In this document: positions 52,511 to 64,000 of the stretch, one piece after another | Position numbering within the stretch: position 1 is the first letter of the stretch | Layout of the letters: every line of letters starts with the position of its first letter | Assembly: GCA_001244265.2 (NCBI GenBank) | Contig: CDLV01000010.1 | Location: forward strand, 992,001-1,056,000 | From: Microbotryum violaceum | Lineage: Eukaryota | Direction of reading: 5' to 3' | DNA length: 64,000 nucleotides | Position numbers and translations under genes: made by a program | The notes under the pieces: generated by a model | What the model saw: only the letters and a program-made list of their open reading frames with translations | Databases searched by the model: none | What the model was told of the DNA's origin: nothing

Positions 52511-52861
52511 TATAAGAAGAGAGAGTGCGTCTGTGTGTGTGTGGAGAGAGGGAGATGAGCTCGAGGCGTACGCGCCGAGGGTGGGGTGGCGCGTGGGTCG
52601 ACCCCGCTCTAAATACTTCCCTATAGCTCTCTTTAGCCCGCTCTATATAAGCCCGCTTTGTGTTATTACCGCGACTTGCTGATCCGCGCTAATCCCGAAT
52701 TGGGTGGCTATCATAGCCCGCGCATTCACCCCAGTTCGCTCCGCGCTTCCACGCTGCCTCTGTTGCGCACAGACCCACCAGGACCCACCCACACACTCGT
52801 GCTGCCGTGTCGGTCAACCGTGCCGCGCGCCTTTTTTTATCCCCGCTCAACTTCGCTCAGG

Positions 52862-54638
52862 ATGGATCAATCTGCATTCCGCGCCCTCCTCTCGTCAAGC
52901 AACAAACCGAGTGGGACGAGCAGTGGTACAGCCGCGTCGACACCCAGGTTTGGCGCCCCACCTCCCAAACGATCCGCTGCTGCAACCGCGCCTGCTCTCC
53001 ACGAGTTAGTCGACCACACATACTACAGCTCGATCGACAAGCTACTTACACCGCTCTCCCGCTCTCCCGCTCTCCCCATCACAGCCCCACAGCGCCCACA
53101 AGCTCAACCGAGTTCAAGCCGCGCAACCAAAAAGACAAGTCAAAGTACAAGCACAAACAGGCTGACGCCGACGAAGCCAAGTCCAGTTCGGCTTCGACTT
53201 ATAGGGATCGAGCCGCCGAACGCAGGACGGGAGCGAGGCATGATTTTGCCGATGCGGAGAAATTGTTGGAGGTGGGTGATGATCGATGATCGATCAGCGC
53301 TCAGCGCACGACGAGTGGGCAGGGAGCGCCAGAGAGTTGACGCCGAGTTTCGACCTCCCAGGACTTTAAAGCGCGTGTAGGCGACGATGACAGTCTCACA
53401 AAGGATGAATTGGAAGAAAAGTTGAAGTACCTCGTGCGTTTCACTCCTCTCTGCGGGGCACTCTCCCTTCAGGAGCTCACCCGATCCGGGGCTGGATATG
53501 TGCAGGGAGGCGACGCCGAACACACCGTGCTCGTCAAAGGACTCGACATGGCCCTCTTGGAACGCATGAAAGCACAACAAGCCGCAGGTGCGGACCAATC
53601 CCTCGAAGACGTCGAAGACGAACTTGATCTCGTGCTGGCAGACAAAGCGAAGAAGGCAGAGGAGAAGAAGAAGCGCACGAGGGACGATTTGATTGCCGAG
53701 CTGAAGGCTTCGAAAGGGGGCAGTAAAAGTGATCGGCCTGCTGCAGGTGGGCAGAGCGTAAAGGATCCGAGATTCAAGCCTGTTGGGTTTAAGCCGATCG
53801 GGCAGGGTTCAGAGACCGAACCCAAGATGAAGAAGAAAAAGAAAAAGGTCAAGGTCGCTGAACAGGTCGCAACGGCCGGCGATGCAGCTGCGTCGGCATC
53901 TAAAGTGTCGAAACCTCTGCCGATACCTCCACCGACCATCAACGTCGAAGCCGATGACGATCTAGACATATTCGGGGACGCTGGAGAATACAAGGGGCTC
54001 GACACCGATTCAGACGACGACGACAACCACGAGGCCACTGCGGCCAGGAAGGAGCCCACCTTCGAGCAGACAGCTGCACCTCCAAGGAACGCGACAGCGG
54101 CGGTCAAGAGGAGTTACTTTGATGACGACGAGGAGAAAGATGAGGACGTTGAACGCTCAACCGCACCCGACTCGGTAACAAATCTCGCCAGCTCGAAACA
54201 GCCGGCGGTCAAGATGACGGATTCGAATGCGATCATGGAAGAAGGAGAGGAAGAGGAGGAGCAGCGACCGTTGCGGCTTCAGCCTTTGTCGAAGTCGGCG
54301 ATTCCGAATGTCAAGGAGCTGTTGGCGATGGATGCGGCTGCTGAGAAGGAAGAGAAGAGGAAGGAGGTAAATCTTGACCGGTTGTCGTTTATCACTTGAC
54401 GAAAGAGGGTTGGGTGTCTGACCCTTCGTGATGTCTCTCATCTCAGCGCAAGCAACATTACCAAATGAAGGCCGCCGACAAGAAGGAAGCTACACTCAAA
54501 GCCATGACACCGCAACAGCGGGCCGAGCATGAACACCAGGTCATGATGACCTACCTGGAGAAGAAAGAGCGGAGGGCCAAGGGGGAGAGCACGAAGGAAG
54601 ATGATGAGGACGAGGATGTCGCGAATGGAGGGTTTTGA
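52862..54638 (+). CDS. RED/IK-like splicing factor (RED N-terminal domain), multi-exon
   Basis: MDQSAFRALL, YRDRAAERR, KYL|GGDAEHTVLVKGLDMALL. Confidence 0.82.
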
Positions 54639-55490
54639 TGCGAGGCTTTTTATACGAAATCCTTTTGTTGTACTTGTCCCAGATGATATCTAGTGCTCTC
54701 TCTCTCTCTCGGTTGGTTTTGATTGCGCATGAGAGCTTTACTTTGACGTACAACGAACGCATTCGGCACCAAAGCTACGATTGCGCACTGGATATTCCAA
54801 TCCGTCCACTATCAGAGAACTATTGCTTCAACATCCAAGCATACGGCTATCTATTGACCCAAGCTCCAAAACCCATAAGAATGTGTATCCAGCGAGCCAC
54901 TCCGAACTCCTCAAGCAAACACAACCACCGTATCAAAGTAGGTCGGTGTCATCCTCGTCAATGATCTCGTCCCAACTCCTCGTCGATTGAGACGCGATCG
55001 AGTCCTCTAAAGGAGCTCCATCGTACGGGTTCCGTCTGGCCCAGTGGTTGCACTTCGTTGAACCGTTGAAAGGTCGACTACTTTTCCAACAGCCGCGCTA
55101 CGACGCCGATGAAGGCTGAAGGAGCCACTTCAGGCTGAGTCGTGGATCGGGCCGGGTGCGGACATCGGAGGCTTGTAGATCGACGAAGATGGGTCCGATG
55201 AACGGGTGCGTGGGTTCTGGTGTTGCGCGAGAGGTGGAACGGTTGGCAGCGTAGCGTTGGATTCGACAAAAGTGCTCTATGTGGTGAAGAGTTTGAAGGG
55301 CGAAGAGGAGGAGTCGGAGCCGAGCGACTTGTTTTCACCGTGGAGAGTGACAGGGGCTTCTAAGACGTCGGCGGCGAATGGGCTCGGGGTAGGATGCTGG
55401 CGATGGGGAGGGTCGCAGGGGTCAGATGAGGGGTCGAAAGGGGATCGGCGGCCAGGGGTGTGATCACTGCGACGGCTGCTGGTCGAGGTG

Positions 55491-55735
55491 TGTTGAAGTA
55501 AATTACTCTTGCCTTAAATCCGCACTACGCGCGTCTCCACTTTGTATTAGTCGCGCGCGCTATTCGCGTCTTTGTTTCCTCTTCTTCACTTGATTACGAA
55601 CTCATTGGCTTGTCCCTGCCGCCAACTCGTTCAGGTATGTGAAGAACTCCTTTATTGCAATCTTCACTTGATTACGAACTCATTGGCTCGTCCCTGCCGC
55701 CAACTCGTTCAGCACATCGCTGTTCAGTTGCAATA
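55491..55735 (+). mobile_element. Solo LTR (245 bp) with 5-bp TSD and an internal 52-bp direct repeat
   Basis: TGTTG...CAATA ends (one change from CAACA), AGGTG on both sides, repeat copies at 55583-55634 and 55661-55712. Confidence 0.85.
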
Positions 55736-56954
55736 AGGTGAAGATATGCTGGGGCTCGAGCGAGTTGTGCCCGTTCGAGGAGGGGTCGAGGCAAGAACGC
55801 GGCTTTGAGTTTGACGAGCTCGTCCAGTGCACATCATAATAATTCGAGAATATGCCAGATACCAGTCCCAGAGATCCAACATGGTCTATGTGTACTCACT
55901 GGCTCGACCCCCAACGACTCTGCCGTATGATTCCTCGGCGAGCGTACGCCCGCATGAGGCGCAGCAAAGAAGGGTTGCGTCCTTGCTGCGAGAGTCGAAG
56001 ACTTGCCTTGTTGTCGAGGTCGTTGGTCGATCTTCTCTTGGGTGATTCTGATCCAAGGTCACTCTAGTGGGAGAGGGGCGGCGGCGGGGGAAGTAGGGGA
56101 AGGAACGGGGAGGAGCGAGATGAGACGGGGGAAGGAGAAGCCAAGCAGCATAGAGGAGAGTGGCTTAGACGATCAGAAGGGTGGTAACGAGCGGTGCGAG
56201 TAGTGCGAACAGGTTGCAGTAGATGGTCCGGACGGGTTGCAACGAAGTGGTGTGAAGGGTGAGAAAAAAGAGCTTGATGTTCAGCTGCTCAAGATCATTC
56301 GGCCCGGACGTCGCAGGGTGCAACAATTCGCTAGTGTTGGTGCAGACGTTCGGCTACAAATGTCCGTCCCGCTTCGCGACGCATTTTACGGCCGATGAGG
56401 CACCTCCGAGTCCCAACCGCTCCCAACCGTGTCGGACCCGCTCATCATCCCGTTCGCCAGTATTCACCCTGCTGTATCATCTAGAACTGGCGACGGTACA
56501 GTAGACCCATCTACTATTCATCGAGCATGGGCGAGAAGCTACTTCAAGGGAGAAAAACACGAACAAACAACAAGTCATCGAACGAATCCACGGGTGCTGC
56601 CTCGCGCCCAGAAATGACGCTCAGAAACGAGTGCGGCTCCTAGAGCTTTTAGCTTCCGCGCGCGCGTCACTGGCAGTCTCGGCGTCGTGCGCGAACCGCT
56701 GACTTGTGATGTGATGGGAGTCTTGAGATCCCTTTAACGATGTCGGAACATAGTGTCGATATTCTTGTCGGCACTTGTCGACACAAAAACTTGGTCATCG
56801 TATGACTTGCAGCAAGCCCCACTGCAGCCACCGCCAAGACCGACGAGGCGGTCTTGACCCCACGTCCAGGACATCCCCCCGGCGCGAACGGCACTTGGAG
56901 TACCCCTCCTGCCACACCATTCGCTGCTAGAAGAACCCGGTCATATTCCTCCAC

Positions 56955-58584
56955 TTAAGCTGGAGGTAAGAACACAGCCCACAATACACTCGACACCTGA
57001 CCCCAAACTAGAACGTAAAACCACCAAGCCCGACCCAGTCTCGTGCTCCCTCGAGCAAAATTTTGGGTCCCCGAAGCTGAGAGGAGGTCGGTGCGAATGA
57101 GTGACGCGACAAACCAAAAAAGGACAGGGTTAACGACGCAGAGACGAAGGATGATCTGGACGTGCGAGTAGAACAAGAGGAGCGAGACGTTGAAGGTGTG
57201 CAGGTGGACGATTGGGACCACGTCGAGGGGGGTATCGTGCAGAAATGACGAGGTTGGTGAGACTGCCGGGTTTTGGGGTAGTATCCGAGCAGGTAAGAAA
57301 GGCAGGGTGGAACCAGCGACCGTGTGTAGGTTGGTCCGATAGTAGCGATACGATGCAAGGATGGAATAGTACAGTACTGGTGCGGCGAACATGAAGTTGG
57401 GGATCTGCAAGGGACGCCAATAGTTGAACAGCCCATTGTTCCTGTAGGAGAGATCTGAAGATGAGTAACATGACCGATATAGTGGTTTCTACGTTGAGGA
57501 ATGACTGCACCAATAGTGGGACTGCACGAAGCTGTAAGAGATTTTCAAGCCTTTTGAGCACCAGGGGCGTGGCTCGGCGCCGACGGGTAGAGCGAGGCAG
57601 AACTCGCGATGTACGAGCAGTTCAAAGAAAACGAAAGGCGCAGTGGAGATGGTCGAGAAGAAGATGAAGCGAGGGATTCGCGCAAGCAGAGTCTGTCCCG
57701 GCCCCGAGCGCGGAAGGCGTCAGTCGTCGCACAGCAGCAGCGATTTCGGGTCGAAGTAACTGACCGAGATCTCGTACCTGGTACTCCTCCGTCTCGGACC
57801 TCGGAGGATGTACTCCCACCCAAAAAAGCCAAGTCCAAGCACGATACTCTGAGCTCTGAAAGCCGTCCCTAATCCCCATACGATCGCGGCAAGGAGGTAT
57901 TGCTGTTTGAAGAAGGCGGCCATGCCGAGAAAGGACAGAGCGGCGCTGAAGGGCTCGTTGTAAGGCACGGCATGGAGAGTCGAGGGTGATGGAGCAAAGA
58001 GGTAGATGAGAGAGGTGATATGGGCGAATTGAAAATCAAAGAGGGTCAAGGTAAGGCTGTGCGGCGGAGAAGGAGAGGTCAGGTGCTGATATGTGGGGGT
58101 TCGCGATGCGAGCTGGGTCGGTGACTTGGGAGGCGTGGGAGACGTACTAGTACAGGGAGAGTACAGCGGCGACACTGCCAACAGTGGAGAGCGCCATTCC
58201 ACACAGAACAATGTTCTTGATCGTAGGTGCACTTGCTGGCGTCCAGTCCAGTGAGAGATCGATCGTCTTGCCTTCAATCCCCTGCGCCCCCCACCTCATC
58301 ATCATCGGCAACAAGGGCATGAACGCCGTCTCCTTCTCTTGCTTGTACCCCTCCACCGCGATCCTGACAAAGTGCTCGGTATCCCAGCGGTTCCATGCTT
58401 CGACCGCAGCGATGGTAGGGTCGTCGAAGGACTCGTGCAAGGTCGTTCGCTCCCACGATGGCAAGAGCTGGAAGTAGATCCATAGAAGTGCAGTCGTCCA
58501 GATGCGTAGTGCTAGGCAGAGCAAAATCAACGACCAGATCGGTCGAGCACGCGTCTTGGTCACCAGTCTGGCCAGGACATCCAT
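56955..58584 (-). CDS. GPI18: GPI mannosyltransferase 2 (PIG-V), multi-exon
   Basis: RWDTEHFVRIAVEGY..EKETAFMPLLP, PYNEPF, NGLFNYWRPLQIPNFMFAAP, HVQIILRL, C-terminal FLPPA. Confidence 0.9.
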
Positions 58585-58867
58585 CAACGAGTCGGGGAGG
58601 GGGAGCGGAAGGCTGTGAGAGGCACGAGACGAGAGACGAGAGCGCGACGGGAAGCGCGTCGAAGGAGGGCACGTAAAAATCTGAGACCTTCTGCGACGAT
58701 CTGGAAATACTCGGCCGAGCGAGGTCAAATTTGCCAGAGTAAATGAACAATTTCGTGAGATCCGTTACACAGCATGAAAATCATGAAATAAGAGCTCCGA
58801 TGGTAACCAACTTCCAACACTCTCATCGATCCTCGTCTCAATTCACCGAAAAAGTGATCTCGGGCCC

Positions 58868-61073
58868 CTACTCGTCCGCGACGGGATAAGCCACCACAAA
58901 CATGGTCCGATCATGCAACAGCAACTCCTGGCCATCCATAGAGAACTTCAATCCATTTGCTTGGAAATCGACATTCCGAGCTGGGATACCGACACCTTCG
59001 ACGCAAGCTTTGGAGGAAGTCGATCGTGGATCGGGTCCACGCCAGGTCGTGAAGGATTTGGTTCCTGTTGCGATCGCGAGTTCTTCGGGGAGGTTCGGGG
59101 AGGCTGACCACTCGAAGGACGTGACGGCTGTGTCGTGGACGATCAGTGAGTGGAGGGTTGGTCGGATCGTGCGGTTCTCGATCGAGTCGCCGTCGGGCGA
59201 GGAGGCAGGCGCAGAGAAGGAGAAGACCCACAGAGCCGTCGGGTAGGTTTCTAGAAACAACGTTTTGGTAAATCATCAGCTGCGTAAGCTGCGTACGAGC
59301 AGCCGCCAACACTCTTCAACTCACGGTGGTGAGATGCAAGCCATTCCCCGGATTTGGACCAGGCGAGGTGCTTGACGCCCATCTGAGGCATCGGTCGATC
59401 GAGGTCGGGTCGAATAGAAGGCGGGTTAAAGGGCGTCGAGGAAGTCTCAACTGGGAAGAGATATCACAACGTAAGCCTTGGCCTCTAATACAAGAGAAGA
59501 TGTCGGCATCTGACTTACAAGGAACGATGCCGTGACCCAAGGTGCGTGAGATCCAAGACGAAGGCTCTTCAAAGACGGCCTGTGAAAGTAGTCGAAGTGT
59601 TTAGATCGCGTTCCGAAATGAGTGAATCAGTGCCAAGTTAGAATAATCACCACGCTGGAGGGAACTTTGGCGGGATGCAAGAGCTCAGCCATGGGTCTCC
59701 ATCCGAGACGAGACAGAATTCGGATCTGTGCAATTTAGGGGGGAGATCAGCCCGGTGTCCCGCATGCCTCAGAAAGGACATATGTTGGAACTCACCTTTC
59801 CATCCCAACCCCCAATCGCGAGGTATTCCCCACTCGGATGCCATCGGATGCTTCGGACGCCCATCCCGACCCAGCCCTCGGTCAATCGTTCCTCCCTCCG
59901 AAGCTCCTTTTCGAGCATTCGCTTCTTAGGCTCGTCAATCTCCTCGTCCTGGATATTTCCACTAGCACTATGCTTGGGTTCCACCCCAAGGTTCGTTGAC
60001 GAATAGGGGGCGAACGTCTTGAGGAGCTGACCACTCTTGGAATAGATGTGCACAATCAGATCATTGACGGCGTGCTCCCAGACGGCGAGGTAGCGACCAC
60101 AGGGGGAGAAGGCGACGTCGGCGACGTCCGAGGTGTGGGAGGGGAGTTGGAACGAATTTATCAGGGTCGTAGTTTGGGGTCGCGAATGGTAGATGGCGAT
60201 CACGTCACGGGAGTTGTGGCGCTCGACGAGGGCAAAGATGGAAGGCTGAGTCGGGGAGTGGGAGATACCTGAGGGGGGTAGCACAGGGTGCTCAGCACGA
60301 GCAACACTATCACAGCAAAGGGAGTAAAAACTGACCTAGGGGAAAGACAAGTTTGGGGCTGAGGATATGAGCGCTCTGCCTCGGTTCGGTCAGGTCATAG
60401 ACCGTCAGGCGGATCTGTTTGGTGTCGGGCCGGCGACGAAATCTTCACGTCAGCGTCGTCGTCGGCACCTCTCTCCACATGCGCGTTTCGCCAAATAGAT
60501 GTACTGACATGGTTCCCACTCCAAGCAAGCAATCGAGATCCATCCGAACTCCAAGCGATAGCCGCACACCCTTCGGCACCAATCTCGAGCCGAGCGATCG
60601 GTTCCTCTGACTCGATTGACAGGACCCAGGCGGTGGACACCTTGGGGGCATATACGACGATATGATGCGGCTCATTCGGCGAGATGGACAGATGGGTCAA
60701 GAGGGGAGCTTCGATCGCGGGTTTGTGGGTTGTCGGTGACGCTGGTCGGGCCACGGAGGACGAGTTGCGCTCGCGGAGAGGCTTGGCCGCCGTTGTGGTT
60801 GCGGTTGCCGTGGGGCGCTGTGCGGGTACGGGTAGGGTCCAGGTGCGTTGGATCTCGAGCGTATCAGATCTACGGAGAATGACTCGCTCCTGATGGGTCG
60901 AGACGACGAGGAGCGAGGCTGGGAAGAAGACCGTCGACGACGCATGCCTGTCTGTGTAGTCGAAGCAGTACTCGACTAAGCGATTTCACCGACGACGTGG
61001 GCTATGAATCTGACTCACAAACGGGTGACAGTTCCCAAGAGCACGATGCGGGTGCATAGATCATGCTGGCCAT
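58868..61073 (-). CDS. WD40-repeat protein, WRAP73/WDR8-like, multi-exon (start tentative)
   Basis: RVILRRSDTLEI.R.W, ARLEIGAEGC..IAWSSDG, ERHNSRDVIAIY, FSPCGRYLAVWE, GVRSIRWHPSGEYLAIGGWDGKV, PTALWVF. Confidence 0.78.
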
Positions 61074-61438
61074 GGCTCAAACACGCGCTGTGTGAGTCTG
61101 ACGCGCAGTCGCGTGAGCCGGTCACGTGAGCGCGTGAGCAGCAGCGGATGATCGACAGGTGCAGGAGCAACTTGAGCGGGACTCTTGACGCGTCTGGTTG
61201 AGGTGATGGGGGCCGCAGAAGAAACTCGGGCGGAAACGATGTGCGTGTTGTGTGCACGGTGATGGGATGAGGATGGTGAAAGAGCGTGAGCGTATGCTAT
61301 ACCCGTGCTGGGTTTCTACCGTGCCCAGGGTTTTTCAAGTTGGGCACAGATTGTTGAGTGAGCGCTGAGCGGCGCGCGGGGATCCGCTGCTGCGCGCTCA
61401 AGCTTGCTCTTCCTCCTCTCCCCGGCTGCTCGTACAAG

Positions 61439-64000
61439 ATGAGCAGTTTCACACGGCGTCCCACCCATGCGTCGACCAACTCGTCGACATCTGGCTCCTT
61501 GTTACGACGACCGGGCTCAGCAATGGGGATGCATCGGCCGGCGAACCTGGTGCACACCTCGGCCGTTCCCTCGGGCTCGTCTTCTAATACGGCTCTGAGT
61601 GCCTCGACCGCTTCCAGTCTCACCTCGCCTACAACAGCGCACCTCACCAAGGCACTCAAACCCCCAGTGGGTGCAGAAGTCGAGAACAACATCAACGTCG
61701 TCGTACGCGTTCGGTAAGTATCATCAGATGCACTCGGCATTTACCCCTCGTTATCTTGCCGTATCTTCCGGCTGATCACAAAATGAACCAACTCCCTCAG
61801 GGGACGATCGTCGGCCGAAGTAGAAGCTAGAGAGCCTCTCGTCGCCCAAGTTGATGGCCTGCGATCTCCAAACGTAACCCTGGTCAATCCCAATGCTTCA
61901 ACCTCGTCCTCCTCCTCCGCTGCTGCTCCAGCTTCGACCCCATCCTCGACCAAAACATACGACTTTGGATTCCGACCCGCGAATGGCAAAGCCGAACCGG
62001 TCGGCAATGTCTTTGGCCCCGATGCCGATCAGGTCATGCTCTACAACGATGTGGCCAAGCCCATTCTCGATCAAGTCTTGCAGGGCTACAACTGCACCAT
62101 GTTTGCTTATGGCCAAACGGGGACAGGCAAGACGTGAGTGCCGTCGTGAGAATGATTGAGGCCTGGAGACCAATCGGATCGGTCTTCTCTCGCAGGTACA
62201 CCATGGAAGGCGATCTCTCCGTTACGAATGGGTACTCGATCTCGCCTCAAGCCGGCATCATCCCGCGCACGCTCTACTCGCTCTTCGCCAAACTGTCCGA
62301 GGACCAAGCCGAATTTTCCGTCAAGTGCTCGTTCCTCGAACTGTACAACGAAGAACTGCGCGATCTCAATGCGTTAGACTACACTGATCCTGAAGCGACA
62401 ACTCCAAGCACGAATACTGCCAAGACAGCTCCTGCACTGGCGGGATTGAAGATTCAGGAGGACGGTAAGACCGGCGTGGTCGTGCAAGGCTTGGAGGAGA
62501 CGATGATCAAGACGGCCGAGGAAGGCATCAAGGTGCTCAAGAGGGGATCCGATAGGCGGCAGGTCGCTGCGACGAAATGCAACGACCGATCGAGGTGCGT
62601 CTAACGCGATCTCACAGTTTGATCCACAACAGCTGACATGAAGCCTTCATTCATTGCAGTCGCTCCCATTCCATCTTCACCATCACCATCCACGTGAAGG
62701 AGAACTCCGCGCGGACAGGTGGCGAGGATTTGCTCAAAGTTGGCAAGTTGAATCTTGTCGATCTAGCGGGATCGGAAAATGTCGGGCGATCGGGAGCGAC
62801 GAACGGTCGCGCGAGGGAGGCCGGCAACATCAACGCGAGTCTGTTGGCTTTGGGACGAGTCATCAACAAGCTCGTGGAGAAGGCCCCAGGGGCCAAGAAC
62901 GGTGAAAAGACTCACATCCCGTATCGGTAAGGGAATGTGCAACGCTCTTCACCTTATCAGAAACCTCACTAAGGCTTCGCCACGCCGATGCCCAGGGATT
63001 CCAAGCTCACCCGACTACTTCAAGATTCTCTCGGTGGCCGGACTAAGACGACCATCATCGCCGCCATCTCGCCCGTCAATTTTGACGAAACCATCTCGAC
63101 CCTCGACTATGCCTCGAAAGCGAAATCAATCCAAAACCGACCTGAAGTCAATCAACGCATGTCAAGGAACCTCCTACTGGGCCAATATGCCAGCGAGATC
63201 GAGCGGCTCAAGCAGGACCTCGTCGCTACCCGACAAAAGAATGGGATTTACTTCTCGGCCGAGTCGTGGGAGATCTTGTCGGCCGAACAAGAGGCGGCTA
63301 GGGTTGGATTATCAGAGTCGAGACGAGCGCTCGAGCTGTGCGAGGCGCGAGTTGATGCGGTCAAGGATCAGTATGAGATGAGCTTGAGGTTGGTTGGGAT
63401 GAGGGAAAAGGAGTTGAAGCAGGCTGCCGTCCTTTTGGATGAGGTGAGGGACGAAGTGACGTCGCTGATGGGGCGCCTCGAAGAGCGGACGCGCGAGCTG
63501 GACGAGGCCACATTGCTGGGCGACGCTAGGGAGTGCTCGAGGCAGGGCTGGAGGGACACCGCTCGTGTTGCCGTCAGCCATGTGTCGCTACTTTACGACA
63601 AGGTCGACCGCAAGACCAAAGTCGAGCAGGACAACTTGATCATCGTATCGACAGGGGAAAAGGCGCTGACGACGCGGACCAAGAGCCTCGCCAAGTCCCT
63701 GGCCTCGTTCGCTCACACCCACGACAGTATCGTGCTCCGTGGGAAGAAGCGATTGGCCGACACGATCGAACGTGGTCGACAGGCAACTGCTTCGACGATC
63801 GCTTACGTCGAGCAACAGAGTGTGGCGATGAACGAAAGGGCACAATCTGCGCTCGACCTAATGGGCCGACTGGAAACGAGAGGCGAATACTTTGCGAGCG
63901 CCGTCGAGACGTCGCGGGAGGAGCTCGCTGCTGCGCTCGTGCAAGCGAATGAAGATCTGGTGGCGACGAACCGAGAAGCAACCGAGCTACAGCGCCGGGT
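61439..64000 (+). CDS. bimC: Kinesin-5 (BimC/Cut7/Eg5 family) motor, 3'-truncated by the window end
   Basis: [64 protein letters not shown]...[28 protein letters not shown], then coiled coil. Confidence 0.92.

Noticed and set aside
54800-56900. Possible gene disrupted by the 55.5-kb solo LTR
   Set aside because: No coherent reading frame or domain could be assembled on either strand.

Overview
Eukaryotic, intron-rich fungal DNA. Gene style, the tropomyosin, URA2 and kinesin-5 sequences, and TCG>TTG-type decay of repeats suggest a basidiomycete of the Pucciniomycotina (Microbotryum-like); this is inference, not a database result. Positions ~1-20.5 kb are a transposon-rich block with no recognisable host protein gene. 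It holds a decayed Ty1/copia element inserted into a tRNA gene, an L1-like LINE nested in its 5' LTR, several solo LTRs, and a near-perfect 3.44-kb inverted duplication (11559-15001 / 17039-20478) around a 2-kb spacer. Each arm carries tRNA-Lys(CTT) and a stack of two 5'-truncated LINEs. Positions ~20.7-64 kb are ordinary gene-dense sequence: kynureninase, DBP4, an ArsB-like transporter, TRAPPC12-like, RTC4-like and TPR proteins, URA2, a thioredoxin-like protein, tropomyosin, a RED-like protein, GPI18, WRAP73/WDR8 and kinesin-5, with a MITE, a Helitron remnant and two solo LTRs between them. Best candidate for an undescribed system: all three independent LINE insertions sit ~75-95 bp upstream of a tRNA gene or B-box with the 5' end facing the tRNA, as Dictyostelium TRE5 does. 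Second candidate: unrelated LTR families share a repeat-AG|GT-spacer-repeat-AG architecture resembling a built-in intron. Exon boundaries were read by eye and are approximate.
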